Positions 11,640 to 24,309 of a stretch of 64,000 bases of DNA are shown here, one piece after another. The notes below the pieces were generated by a model. That model saw nothing but the letters and a program-made list of their open reading frames with translations, searched no databases and had not been told where the DNA came from. This DNA is from Convolutriloba macropyga (taxonomy: Eukaryota). The stretch spans positions 20,956,001-21,020,000 of the forward strand of contig NC_134478.1 of NCBI RefSeq assembly GCF_964194025.1, read 5' to 3'. Made by a program: the position numbers and the translations under genes. Every line of letters begins with the position of its first letter. Position 1 is the first letter of the stretch.

Positions 11640-14479
11640 CTGAAACACATCCACACACACACATTCGAACCCTTACCCCATGAACAAAATTGTTCTCATG
11701 AGTAGCATACATGAACAAAATAATGTGTCTCTGCAGTTATATTAAAATGCAGTAATATTTTTTTACAGGCAGATGTAGGTTAAGAATTTTAATTACTTGG
11801 ATATGATATATTGTGTTAAATATGTAGACAATCAAATACAATAGTTTCGAAAAGAGGCGCAACTATTCGTTAATGAGCTTTCTTTTGAAAACCTTACTCC
11901 AATATTCCGTATGAGCTATATCTTAGTTTATTACCTTAAGCCTTTTTTCTTCATTATATATCCTATGAGTTGCTCTCAGCTTCCATAAATGAATTTAGCC
12001 CGGAAGTTGAAGTTGGCTTACTTTTCACCGTTAACGTTCATAAGTTAAGGTCATTGACATGCAAGTTGACCTATAAATGAGATCGACGAGGTTAACAAAT
12101 TTCTGTTCTTAATGTTAAACCACAAAAAGAGTTCTTCGGCATCCTCCTTGCATTTTATTGTTTTCCTTGCACTTGGTAAAACAGCATAAAAACTCTCAAA
12201 ACTAGTCATTAACATATACATATTTTGCTGTACTCTAAACACAATCCAAACGTACAGTATAATACAAAGAACAATAAAGTGCAAATACTGAGCATGCAAA
12301 CTGAACTTAGTCAGTGGTGCAAAATAGTGACTACTGTTCAAATAAAGCCAGCTCAGTGATCAAACACAAAGCATTGTGAATTCAACAGCTGCTGGTTGGT
12401 TTATCTAAACCACAAAAATTACAAAAACAGCTCTAAGTGTTTTAGTATAACATTTGGTGTTTTAGTTTAACATAGAGAGAACTAAAGTATGGAGTACGAA
12501 TAAACTGTGCGTACTATCAATCTTCTTCGCAGTGGAAAACTCGCAGTCAAGTTGAGTAAAATTTTGTTTTATTCATAGAGAGAAGCTTCAGATAATAACT
12601 GACACGAATGACGCAGATCACGCACCTTTTGTACACGTCACGAGCATTTTGAATATCACCACGGAACTTCTATAGAAATTCAAGCGTAACCATAACTGCC
12701 AATGGTGTCGTTAAGCGAACTTCTACAACAAGCCTCTAAGATGTCCCCCCTATGACCTAAATCCAAATCCTGATGCACTCTCTAGCTGTTTATAATACGT
12801 TTATGTTCAGGCAATTAGAACAAAATTAATAAGACAATGGCAAAAAATTGCAGACCTAATCTATTAAAACTTCGTTCGAGAGCAGCAACTAAACTCAATA
12901 CCTGCCAAAATACGAAAAAATTTTTTGCTCAATCAAAATTCTAACGTCGGTCAGGAAACAAGAGCGCTGATTTCTCAACAACACCTCTTTGGGTCTAATT
13001 GCTTCAAGCCCCAAGGAAATGGGGCTATGAACATTAAACAAGCCCTACTTTTTAATGCCAATGTTTGTCGACCGATATCATTTGTGGGGCATTGAGACAC
13101 AAAAAGGGTATCATTAAAATTTTTCACAATTTCGACCATTTCAATCTTAGTATCACTTTATGAGCATTACATATACAATTCTTTTAACCGCTTAAAACGC
13201 AGTAGTGGGTAAATGGTAAAGTTTTAACAAATTAAGTTGAATTTTAGCAGGTTTGTTGAGTTTTAGCAAGTTAAGTTGAAGTCAAGGCAATTTGAAGTTA
13301 AGCTGGTTTTGAGAACAATAGTTTAAAGGACATTACAAACTTTTGATAATTTGTGCTCATTAATTAAATTAAATCATTTTTGCCACTGAATATCTCAAAT
13401 ATCTCCAACTAGATTTCTGCTAGCCTGTAAATTGGCTGTACGATATATTTGTAAGGAAAGATTTCGTTTTCAAGATTCGTTTCAAAACCACCGCGAATCT
13501 TAGCTTTTCTGACAGTTCTTGTTGTTTGTGCCGGCCTCTGCTTGTACATTTAATTTCAAGTCAGAATTCCCTCAGATTCTAAGTTCTTAGTTCCCCCTTT
13601 TCGTACAATTTTGACGATAAACATTGCTATTCAACACCCCAATATTTAAGTGTCAACAATTTATATCGAGGTTATACTAATTTTTCAATTTTTTATTTAC
13701 TTTCGTTGATTGTATTTCACGACTTGCCCAGTTATGTAATCATATTTTGTTGTCAGTGTTTTCGTGTTGACCAAATGACGTCATGCTCGGTTCAGATCAG
13801 CTTTTATTCATTCATGCAATTTTTGGTTGACCCGCCTGCAAGACTTCCATCTTCAAACTAACTGGAGCACCACGGTTTTTCATTTGCCAGGATGGTGGTT
13901 TGGTCACACGTGATTGATCCTACTGTCAAAATGACCCTTTGTCTCACTGAAGTTGATTTTCGCTAACTTGGGGTTGAGGTCAATTAAGGATATATTACCT
14001 CAATTGAAGGTTCCCTGATTTACAATACACAAGTTTAAATCAATTTGAATTTTGAGACTACAGGTCTGCAAATCAATCTCTGGTATTTTTATGCAATCTG
14101 CCAGCTATTTTTAATTTATTTCAATGTTTATTTTAATGGTTTATCTCTCTTATTTTTTTTTCATTTAGCGAAGAGAGGAGCCCTTTTGATCTTATTCGAA
14201 TGAATTCTTTCAAAGGAGCAAAAATTAGCAGCAAAAACTTGTCACCATAACCCATTAAACAGTACAGATTTTTAATCATCCTGATCGTTATGAATTCAAG
14301 ATATTCTCCGGATATCTTGTCCTTTGCCTGTCGAACAGTGTCCAATGTCAATGCAACTGTCCAGGATTAACAGCCGCATCCTCGGAAATCTCAAACGACT
14401 CACAGTTCTAAATGTACGTTCGCGATAGCTTTTTACTATGTAAATAAAGAATTGAATTGAGAATAAGAATTAATTGCTT

Positions 14480-14815
14480 TTTTTTTAATTCTTCCTAATT
14501 TACACTAATCAGTTTGAAGTCTGCTAAACCAAAATTTTCAGTGAGAGGAGTTTCTGATGGAAGGCCATTGATGAAGATGAGGAAGAGCAGAGAACCTAAG
14601 ATTGACTCTTGTGCAACGCCACTTGTGATTTCTAATTTTTCGGACAATGCATTATTAATCTTGACGCATTGTTTCCTTCTATTAAGGTAGCTTTCAATCA
14701 GCTTTTAAAGATTTCCTCCAATTTCAAATAAATGCAGTTTTTCAATTAGTTAGCTGTGGGGGACGTTGTCGAAGGCCTTTGCAAAGTCTAAGTAGAGGAC
14801 TTTTATTGCATCGAT
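14480..14815 (-). mobile_element. CR1/L2-type RT fragment, paralogous to 15750-16050
   Basis: YLDFAKAFDNVPH and SGVAQESILGSLLFLIFIN; near-duplicate of the adjacent LINE RT segment. Confidence 0.8.
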
Positions 14816-14869
14816 GAGTTAACATATATTTATACACTATACTTTCAAGCTCATCATCAGATGATTCAG

Positions 14870-17800
14870 ATAATTGTGGATAGTAAAAGTTCAGGCTTTA
14901 GGGTCTTCCTAGGAGTGCTCCAAGGCACCCTTGTTTTCGTGTCCTATTTCTAATCGATTTTCGATAGTGGGTTGCACATCCCACATTTATATAAGATTCT
15001 CCACGTGCATTTGTTGTTAAAGTCGAATCTTGTTTTAAAAAATCCAATATCACTCACAGTTTCTTTGCTCGATAGTTGTGTTGAATTGGAAGGAACTTTG
15101 GAAAAGCTGTTGTAAAGTAGTTTGGCTCTGTGAAGAAGTTTTCATCAATCTTCCTTAGGCAATTTTTTGCTATTTTTAATTTCTCTCTTGCGCTTTGTCT
15201 AGTCTTTTCAAAGTGTTGATATTCGAAGTTTACTTTGACGTCGAATTCATTGTCAAGTAACGATAGTAAAAGTAGTAAATCGTGCATTTCGACATACAGG
15301 CTTAGTGGCAACAGTTTAAGTGCTATTAGCTTTTCTTTGTAGCTGCAGTTCCTTCCACTTAGTATCCATGAAGTGGCTCTTTTTGTAGCTTTTCAAATTT
15401 CTTCATCTGCTGTCTGTTTGGGAGCCAAGATTGAGAACAGTATATAGTATTCGCAAGACATAGCCAGTGTAGGCATTCAGTTTATTTTTAATGAGAAAGC
15501 TGTCGGTCATGCTACGTTTTATTTGGTAGAATGCTTTTGTTGCTTTCGAAAGCCGGTGATTACAGTTGCTATTCCAATAAGACTTTTGAAAACAATCAAA
15601 CCAAGGTCCTGTTGACTATCAACCTCTCCTGGCTCCTAATTTTTCAGTGAGGCTTTTTGTTCGCTTTTGAGAGAGAGAAGTTTACATTTTGATGCATTAG
15701 TGTCATGTGATTTCGATCGCACCAGTTTTCGATTCCTTCCACGCTCTTTTTTAATTCTTCCTGATTTACGCTAATCAGTTTGAAGTCCTCTGCGAAACCG
15801 AAATTTTCAGTGAGAGGAGTTTCTGATGGAAGGTCATTGATGAAGATGAGGAAGAGCAGAGGACCTAAGATTGACCCTTGTCGCCGCTAGTGAAGCATTA
15901 TTAATCTTGACGCACTGCTTACTTCTATTAAGGTAGCTTTCAGTCAGCTTTTAAAGATTTCCTCCAATTTCGAATAAATGCAGTTTTTCAATTAGTTTGT
16001 TGTGGGGGACTTTGTCGAAGGCCTTTGCAAAGAATAAGTAGAGGACTGACAACTATTTTGTTTTCACATCGTCAAGATTGGCGTACAAAGAGTTTAAAAA
16101 AGTAGTAGTTCAGTTGTAGCGGACCTCCTCTGTCTAAATCCAAATTGGCTTTCAAGAAATTGTCTGTGCAATGTGAGTATATTCGTTTGAAAATTATTCT
16201 CTCCAACAGCTTTGAGACGCAGCATAAAAGACTTATAGGTAATGTGTTTGTTGATATGGTGTCTAATCCATGTGTACAATTGGTTTACTAATGCGTCAAC
16301 ATTACTAAAACAGAAGGGTTTGAAGGCGTTTTCCTCAACGGCTTGATTCAGTTTTTTTTCCAGTCAGCTCTTTTGAAAGCAAATTTACGGCACGTGTTTG
16401 GGTTTTGGACAACTGTACAGAGAAACACAACACAAAGTTAGAATTGGTAAGTGATCTGAACACCTCTTCTTGTTTACATCGAAGCTCCTGTGAAGGTTTT
16501 GATGTTGATAGCATTCTATAACTGGACGTGGATTATTTGTGAGGACATCTAGCGTTTGATTTGATATGTTCGAGAAGCCTGATTCTATCAGTCTATCCAG
16601 AATCTCTGATTCATAGTTATCATAAGAGTTCATTGCTTCTCAATTTGTCCCTGAGAGTTCGATTTCGCCCACAATCAGAGTGCATTGAATCATTTCCTGA
16701 CTTGTTAAGTTGCATAATTCAGTCAGTAGATTTAAAAAGATTTCAGTAGTCCATTGATAGCGACTTCCGTGCGGGGGATTATACATGCAGACCAATAGAA
16801 TTGAGATCTCAATGATTGTTAATTTTAGTGCCATAAAATCGTCATGCGTTAGTTTTAGGTCACTTGTTTCAAATGGAATGCCTTTTTTGACAGCTACTAA
16901 AACACCGCCGTGTTTTGATTTGCGTTCAGTTGACTGTCTGTCCTTTCTGTTGATTACATAGTTTGGTGTAAAAAGCGCACTATCTAAAATTTCAGCCGTC
17001 AGCCAGTTTTTCGTGAGACAGATGATATCAAAGTCGAAAGCTGTCAGGCAGTTCGCTAATTTCATTCGACGCTCGGGTTTCAGAATACTACGGACGTTGT
17101 GAGATAAAATTCTTATTTTTTGTAGTCAGCTTTCATCGGATGACGATGCGCCAGCAAAATCGTTTTCAATCAGGTTTTCTCAATCAGGTATTCCACCCAT
17201 TTGTCACCTGGTTTGGTCGCAGCGACCAGGTTTCGGACTCTAACATTTGTGTTTGAGAACATGTGGTTGTCAATCAACAGTCGTCTTTTTCTCAGACACT
17301 CATTTTCAATTTTTAACTGCTCTGGTGTAAGCTCAGAGCTTATGAAGACTCGTCAACAGTTTTAAAGCCTGAAGGCTGATTTCAGCATTAGCTCTTTGCT
17401 AATAGGGCTTACTAGATTTATGAGGATGGTTCTTGGACCCTTTTCTGGGTTTTATTTTCCAATACGCGTGACCTTACAGAGTCGTTTGTCTTCTACTTTT
17501 AGGTAACACAAGATCTCTTCAATAGCATTAATATCGGCATGAAGTCTTTCCTCTGGTGACTTCGATTCATTTTCTGGGATTCCTCTTAATCGGATACCCA
17601 TTCCATTGTCATTTGCGTTTGGGTAGAACACTTTCCCTTTTGCAATTGTCCCCAAAGAAGCGGCATAAGATTGCGGTTTTAATTTTAACTCTAAGAGTTC
17701 TGCTTTGATTTGAGTTAATGAATTCGTTTGATTTTTCAATTGGCTTATTCAGTGTTTCCAATTTCAAATAGAGATCATCTAGTTTTCCATCCATCTTTGT

Positions 17801-18080
17801 TGAGAGAGCCTGACTTAGGTCTCCTGACCGCTTTTTACTGTACAACAGTTGCAAACCTGGAGTATATATGAATTTATTTTGATTAAGACTTTAATTTCTA
17901 CTGTAAAGCTCGTGCATTCTGGAGTCATGTGTAACGTTTATTGCAAAAAGTGCATACAAATTGTTCTTTCTTTAATTTGCTGTTACATAAATCGCAATAT
18001 ACTGATCTGGGTGTCATTTCAAGGCTTTGCACTTCAAGTTTATATTTTTTGTTATAGGTTGTGTAACTTCTAGGCACTTC
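14870..18080 (-). mobile_element. Degenerate CR1/L2-type LINE with internal deletions, in SSR1 intron 1
   Basis: ORF1 with Cys-rich N-terminus and IRLRGIPE; APE endonuclease (DIICLTKNWL, KHGGVLVAVK, YNPP, SDH); RT remnants (QFGFR, AKAFDKVPH, QGSILGPLLFLIFINDL). Confidence 0.88.
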
Positions 18081-18576
18081 AGCACGAGGTAATGCGAGCA
18101 AGGGTTAATGCTTTTCTTGCTAACCTTAGCCCAAGAACTTAATCAATGACACCAGTTTGCAGGAAAAACATATTTTACTTATTGGTACCGTGAACCTTAC
18201 TACGGAAGGCAACCACTAACAAAGTCACTTTAATCCTTTTTCATGGACGCTGCTTCTGCTTGATGTTTCAGATCACCGTAATATTTCCTAATGATCGTCA
18301 AAGTTTTGATTTCAACTTTCCAATACTGATGAAGCTCTGAATATTGAGAGGTAATTAATTGCGGCTCCTTTTCTTTGGCAGTAGACTATACCACTGATGA
18401 ATACTAATACGTTCATCAGCGTTTAGCGGTTGTCTCGGATCTGACGGGTGCTTTGTGATCGAGTTGTTAATAACGTCGTGCCATAAAATAATTGTTTCAC
18501 CAACCGGGATTTCACCTAGACGATTCTGTATCACTTTGAGTTTCGCTTGGCTTCCTGGATGTAGATTGAGACCCGG

Positions 18577-18663
18577 GACCGCAATAACATTTTTGTCAAA
18601 TAATTGTCGGTTTGTATGAGGCCCGTGACCGCAATAATATTGTCAAATAATTGTCGGTTTGTA
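18577..18663. repeat. Short tandem duplication (~50-bp period)
   Basis: GACCGCAATAA..TTGTCAAATAATTGTCGGTTTGTA occurs twice. Confidence 0.8.
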
Positions 18664-18829
18664 ACTTGGGACTGATATATACTGCTGGCTCCAAGAATAA
18701 ATACCCTAACAGAGTACAAAATTTCAGAGGCCACAGCTGCTGCCTCGCAGATCATCGATAACTATTTAATAAGTTTATCACAACAATTAGGCTATATCAA
18801 ACTATATAGCAGCTCCTATATCAAACTAA

Positions 18830-19620
18830 ACCCTTTAGCCTTTATATATGTAGAGCCTTTATGTATGTAGAGCGAACAATATTGTAACCCTAGACCGTTT
18901 CTCTTCTTTTTTCTATGTTCGAGTGAACATAAAGCTACTGACTTCAGTCTTTCATCATAGGGAAGATGCTTAATCAAGCTGCAGTCCGTATGCTTTACTG
19001 TACTCTTTTTATTGAGTATTTGGCTCCATAAGTGCGTATTCAATAACTGTTCAATAACTTTGGTCAATGAGGCCTCCTAGATCTCGTACAGATGCGATAA
19101 TCTTTACATTTTAATTGAAACTCCTGGTAGCAACTGACATGACGCATTTTTTTCTAATAGAACAGGAGCACGTTGTTATCTGACCATTCTTGAAACTTGA
19201 AGGTCCAAAGCTTATCCTTGACAGACTTTTGATATCTCAGAAGTTCATAGCCTCCGCAAAGAGATACTATTGAGCATTAAAATTTTATAAAACGTAACTG
19301 GGCCAAAAACCGATACATCGAGTCACTCTACTGACCTTTCTGCATCTAGATCAAAATTCTCCAAGTACAACTATTTGATACCGGTCATCGCGGAATGCCT
19401 TTATCCGGGCTAGAAATCTCCCTTGAATTTCATTTTCTAGGATTTAGACGAGCTTCCCGTGGGGGACACTGCCAGCAGCTCTGCTGGAGTCTAACGATAT
19501 ATTGTCTTTTTTCCAGACCAGAGCTCCAGGCCACTAATCAAACTTTCAGCATTTGTTTCATAGCTGATTTCCTTCTAATGAATCTGCATAGTTTTTCACT
19601 GAGCAAGTAATGTTCGCCTT
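18830..19620 (-). mobile_element. Old CR1-type RT 3' fragment
   Basis: SVPHGKL, GIP...FGP and C-terminal LPYDERLK..LCSLEHR motifs. Confidence 0.65.
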
Positions 19621-19831
19621 TCGCACATATCAAAAATCATAGTGATGCTGATGTTCTATTCAAATACAATCACTCAATGGTCTCTTGGTACGTTGACGAA
19701 ACTTGAAGATTGGAGCGAAAACTAAACAATGGTCCATAACTAAAGCCGAGGAGCCACCCCTCAAAAAAAATAGAAGAGCCGCTTACTTTTTCGAATTTTG
19801 GGCATGAGGTATAAAGAGAAATAAGACTTAC

Positions 19832-20116
19832 ATCAGAATGGTCAACCAAAATATAGCTCATCTCAACGTCTGATGCAGGTCCAACTCTTCCAGTAGCGGT
19901 AGCATCCGTTCCAGTTGAGCCAGTTTCCTCTTTCTTCCCTTCGGTTCCAGGTTCAGGCTGCCCTTCTTCAATTACCTCATCTTCAGTCTCGACGTGAACT
20001 TCAGCATCCGCAGGAGCTTCTTTGTCAGCCGCAACGAACACGCCAAAATTCGTGGCCGAAAAAGCTCCGAAGGTTAAGAGCAGTGCGACGACAAGAATTA
20101 CTTTCGAGATTTTCAT
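19832..20116 (-). CDS. SSR1: TRAP-alpha (signal sequence receptor subunit alpha), coding exon 1
   Basis: ATG at 20116. Hydrophobic signal peptide (MKISKVILVVALLLTFGAFS) then acidic stretch (ETEDEVIEEG), as in TRAP-alpha. Ends ...DHSD|GTAAGT donor at 19831; 285 nt, phase 0. Confidence 0.93.
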
Positions 20117-20438
20117 TTTCTATAAATTGAAGATTCTGGAAATCAGAAAAACTGTATCTGAAATGGTTAGCAAGGATTTAGAAAAATTAATTGCAATTGG
20201 CTCGACAAAAAGATGAACAATCAATTAATTTAATTGGTTTAAAAAAATCAATTATTGCAAAAATTGAAATTATAGATGAATTAAATTTTACATTCTATTA
20301 ATAATTTTTTGCGTACGGTTTAAAACAAAAAGCCCAGATCTAAACTCAATCCTGATTTCAAAAACAAATGTTTTCGAGTTTGCGTTCATCGTAAGGTTAA
20401 AACTGCTTCACAAATTGTTAAGGAAAAATAGGTAAAAT

Positions 20439-23400
20439 CACTGCGTTGCTTGCGATTGCCACATGCACTTGACACCAGCATGCACTGGCTTGACACAAGT
20501 TGCTATCAACGGCATCGCCGAACTTGGAATGAACGCTATGCTTTTTTGCAACAAATGCGTGGAGAAAAACGAACGCGAGACCTTCATACGGTGCAGAACG
20601 AGTGGTAAACTGTAATAAAAACTTGAGCAGTTCAACTTCGAGGCGAAAATGGAACAGCTAAAGACGAGTTTGACCGAGTTAATAGAAACTAAAGTTGAAG
20701 AAGCGATGAAAACCACGTCCGCGAACGTTGAAGACACCTATGCAAAAGTAGTTGCTAGGAGCATTCCCAAAAAGAATGAGACAAGCAATTCGAAAAACGA
20801 CGACAAATATGACGATCACAACATCAAGAAGAGTTTCCGAATCCACGGCATCCCCGAAGATGTCGAAAATCACGTGGTGAGAACCTTGTCCACACAACTG
20901 AAAAAAATAACGATGTTCTTAAGACTATTGACGTCCAACCTCAGATAGTGGGAATGAAGAGACTCGGAAAATTTAGCAAGGAACGTGCGAAACCAAGAAC
21001 ACTTCTGGTTACCGTATCAACGGAACACGAAACCAGAATGATCCTAGCAAAAAGCTTTGAAAATCGAGACAAACTCGTGAACGAAAATTTTTATCTCACG
21101 TATGCCTTAACTAAAGAAGCGCTGAAACAAAGTCTCTGCCTCAAACGCGGGAGAGAGCTATTCAATGGCGTTATGCCTCGAGAGGAACTGAAGATAAGAA
21201 ACTTTGAGTTATTTAACAGTAACAACAGGGTGGATCTTAAGTCGAACGACTTTGTAGGTCCTGAATCAAGCTCACGACTATACCACATGAATGTTTTGCA
21301 GATCATCGCACGAAACCTGCTGAATTACGAAGGACGCTTCCTTCTATCAAATGCTATCAGCTTATGCCAGCCTGCCGTGATTTGTATCTATGAAACATGG
21401 GTCAATAACAATATAATCGATTCCGAATTACTGTTTAGTGACTACTTAATCTTTCGCTCAGATGGAAAATCCACCGAAGACAAGAATCCATATGGCGGCA
21501 CATTCATTGCTATCGAAAATGCCCTCAACCGTCGTCGATTGGAATTGGATGACGTCGACAATTGTGCTATCTTCGAAATTCAAGTAAACAAGAGCAAAGT
21601 ATTTATATTCTCCTTCTACAACCCCCCAAAGACCAGCCCCTATCAATACTCAATCGAAGGCTTTGAGAAAATTTTATCTTGGTCCCAAAAAACTGCATAG
21701 TCTTCATCTGTGGAGACTTGAACTTCTCCAATACGAATTGGATGAACTGGACCAGTACTGACTCTGAAGAAAATTCAATACTTGAACTCTTCGAAAACAG
21801 ACTCTTCCGTCAATCGATTGACTTCCCAACCTGTAGCAAGAACGTTCACCGAAATTGCAACGTGTTTTCAAAAAATACAGATGCTTTTACGAAAGTTTTC
21901 AACTGTTCTGACCACATTGGGATCAGTAGCACAATCGAATTACCGCATATAGTTCAAAATAGTACCAGAGAATTGTATTGGAGTTTTGGTTCAGCTGATT
22001 TTGAAAAAATAGCCAGTTAGATGGAACAAACTCCCATCCTGCCAACATGTTTCATTAGCACTGTCAACTTCTATGAAGAACTCGAAGAATACCTGGCGAA
22101 CCTCATACGCAGGAATGTCCCATCGAGAACTAGGCACCGTCAATCTCTCCCTCCCTGGATCATACCAAGCACGTCACATCTGTTACAAAAATTAGAGACC
22201 CAAAAAAGAGGCTTGTTTTGAGACCTACAAGCTATCGGAAAACCTTCGTAGCTAAACTCCAAAACTTGATATCTGAACTGATTGAACAAGATTGTAAAGA
22301 ATATCAGAATTGCTTGCTAGGATCACGAGCAACCGGACTGATCTTTAAGCATCTCAAAAGTCTGACAAAGGACTCAAACTTTCCATCTGAAATGGAGTAC
22401 GACTGCAAAACTGCATATACAAGCCAAAACCAGGCCTCTCTTTTTAATCTTTTCTTCAAATCAGTGTTCTCCGCCGAAGAACCTTTCAGAATCGAAGATA
22501 TTAAAGTTGAGAATCCAACGCTGACAAATTTCAGCATCTCCAAAGCCAATATCAAGTCCATCCTTCTAGAAGTAGATATAACAAAGACCCGAGGCCTCAA
22601 TGCCATCCCGCCAATCTTGTACCAGCGAACGTCCGAGCAGATGAGTTCAACACTTCACAAAGTTTTCAAAAACATCAAGCGACTAGAAAGATTGCCCAAG
22701 AAGTGGAAAGTAGCCGCAGTAAGTCCCATCTACAAAAAGGCGACAGGAAACTGATGAACAACTATCGCGGAATATTCTTCCTTAATATAGACAGCAAATG
22801 CTTTGAGCAATGCATGTATGAGCCTTTCTACAATCATTTTGTTGATCATCAGCACGGTTTTGTTCGCAAAAGGTCGACATTCAGCAACATGATAAAAATT
22901 ATTCAAAGAGAGTGCATCAGTCACTGGAGTGCAACAAGGAAGACAATGCAGTCGCTTTTTACTCCGACTTCTCAAAGGCGTTTGAACGCGTGCCGCGCTG
23001 TCCACTACTAGAAAAGTGTGCTTCAATTGGAGTCGTTGGTTGCTTCCTCGAAATTCTCCATGATTACCTGTCTGGAAGGGAACAGTTTGTTCGAATGAAT
23101 GGTTGTTCCTCTGCAACTCTCGAAGATACAAGCGGTGTCCCACAGGGCTCCCTGCTCGGGCCCCTACTAATTTGCATCTTCATCAACGACCTACCTGACT
23201 TGTTGAATTTCAGCGAACCATTCATCTTTGCAGACGGCCTAAAGCTCCTTTTCACAGGAAAATCCGACTGGCAAATTCATGAAGACCCGAACAGCATTCA
23301 GCACTGGGTGAAGACTAACAAAATGGATCTGGCAATTGAAAAGTGCGCTGCACTAAAAATCCACCACCACTCCAGAGATCTGATGTTAGGCACAAGCCAA

Positions 23401-24124
23401 CTGCACAGCGCTGACTCCATCAACGATCTTGGTATTTTTGTAACTAAAGACATGACCTGGTCTCTACACTTCTCCGAAAGACTCAAGAAAGCCAACAGAG
23501 CTCTTTACCTGCTCCAAAGAAACGATTCAACGAATGTCAATGTGTCTGTCAAACTCGGATTTTATAAATCTTTTCTTCTGCCAATACTGCTCTACGGAAT
23601 GAACTGCGTACGGTTGAGCCGTGGTTCAACTAGAGATTTAGAGAGCTTTCAAAAACGTGCCTTGAACTGGGTCTGCTATGAATCCAATCGAAGCTACCTC
23701 CAACGGCAACGCCTCATCAACGTACTACCACTTCCACTCTTCATGCAGTGCAATGACATTCTGCTCATGTCCAAACTACTTGTTGAAGGAGAACATAACA
23801 TCACATTCCGACTTGCAACCATGAATCTGGTGAGTCCACAATGATTTTCAAGCTAAACAAGTGCAAGAAAGAAAAAACTCGTGGAGAATTTGAATACCGG
23901 ACATGCAGAATCATAAACAGAATAAACGAAAAAATCCAGTTTGCCAATCCTCTCGGTCTAAAATCGCGAATACTCAGACTGAAGTGGAAGTTTGTCGACA
24001 ACAGATTCTCTGATTCCAACCCTTGCACATGGCCATTTGGACATCGTTCTAATCAGAAGTTACGTGAGAAATCCCTCTGGTGTCAAACCCCAGGAAGCCA
24101 CAACAACAACAACAACAGCAACAA
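20439..24124 (+). mobile_element. Near full-length CR1/L2-type LINE (ORF1 + EN-RT ORF2, frameshifted)
   Basis: ORF1 starts within a PHD-like finger and has FRIHGIPE. EN: ETW, YGG, YNPP, GDLNF, SDH. RT: NYRGI, QHGF, DFSKAFERV, GVPQGSLLGP, FADG. (AAC)n tail at ~24101-24124. Confidence 0.93.
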
Positions 24125-24309
24125 ATTAAGAAATGCCCCTCCTCAATATTGACCGGTTCGGGGCCCTCCCAGCACTACGTCCTCATATAGCATTTCATAT
24201 TGCTTAAATCTATCATTAAAATGATAATATATACAAACATCAGCTGAGAAGTAAAAAAAGACAGATAGCATTAGAAAACAAACAAAAAATGACAAAAGCA
24301 GATGAGTCA

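Noticed and set aside
19670-19831. C-terminal part of the 148-aa ORF
   Set aside because: Read-through into intron 1 past the GTAAGT donor; TRAP-alpha homology continues in exon 2.
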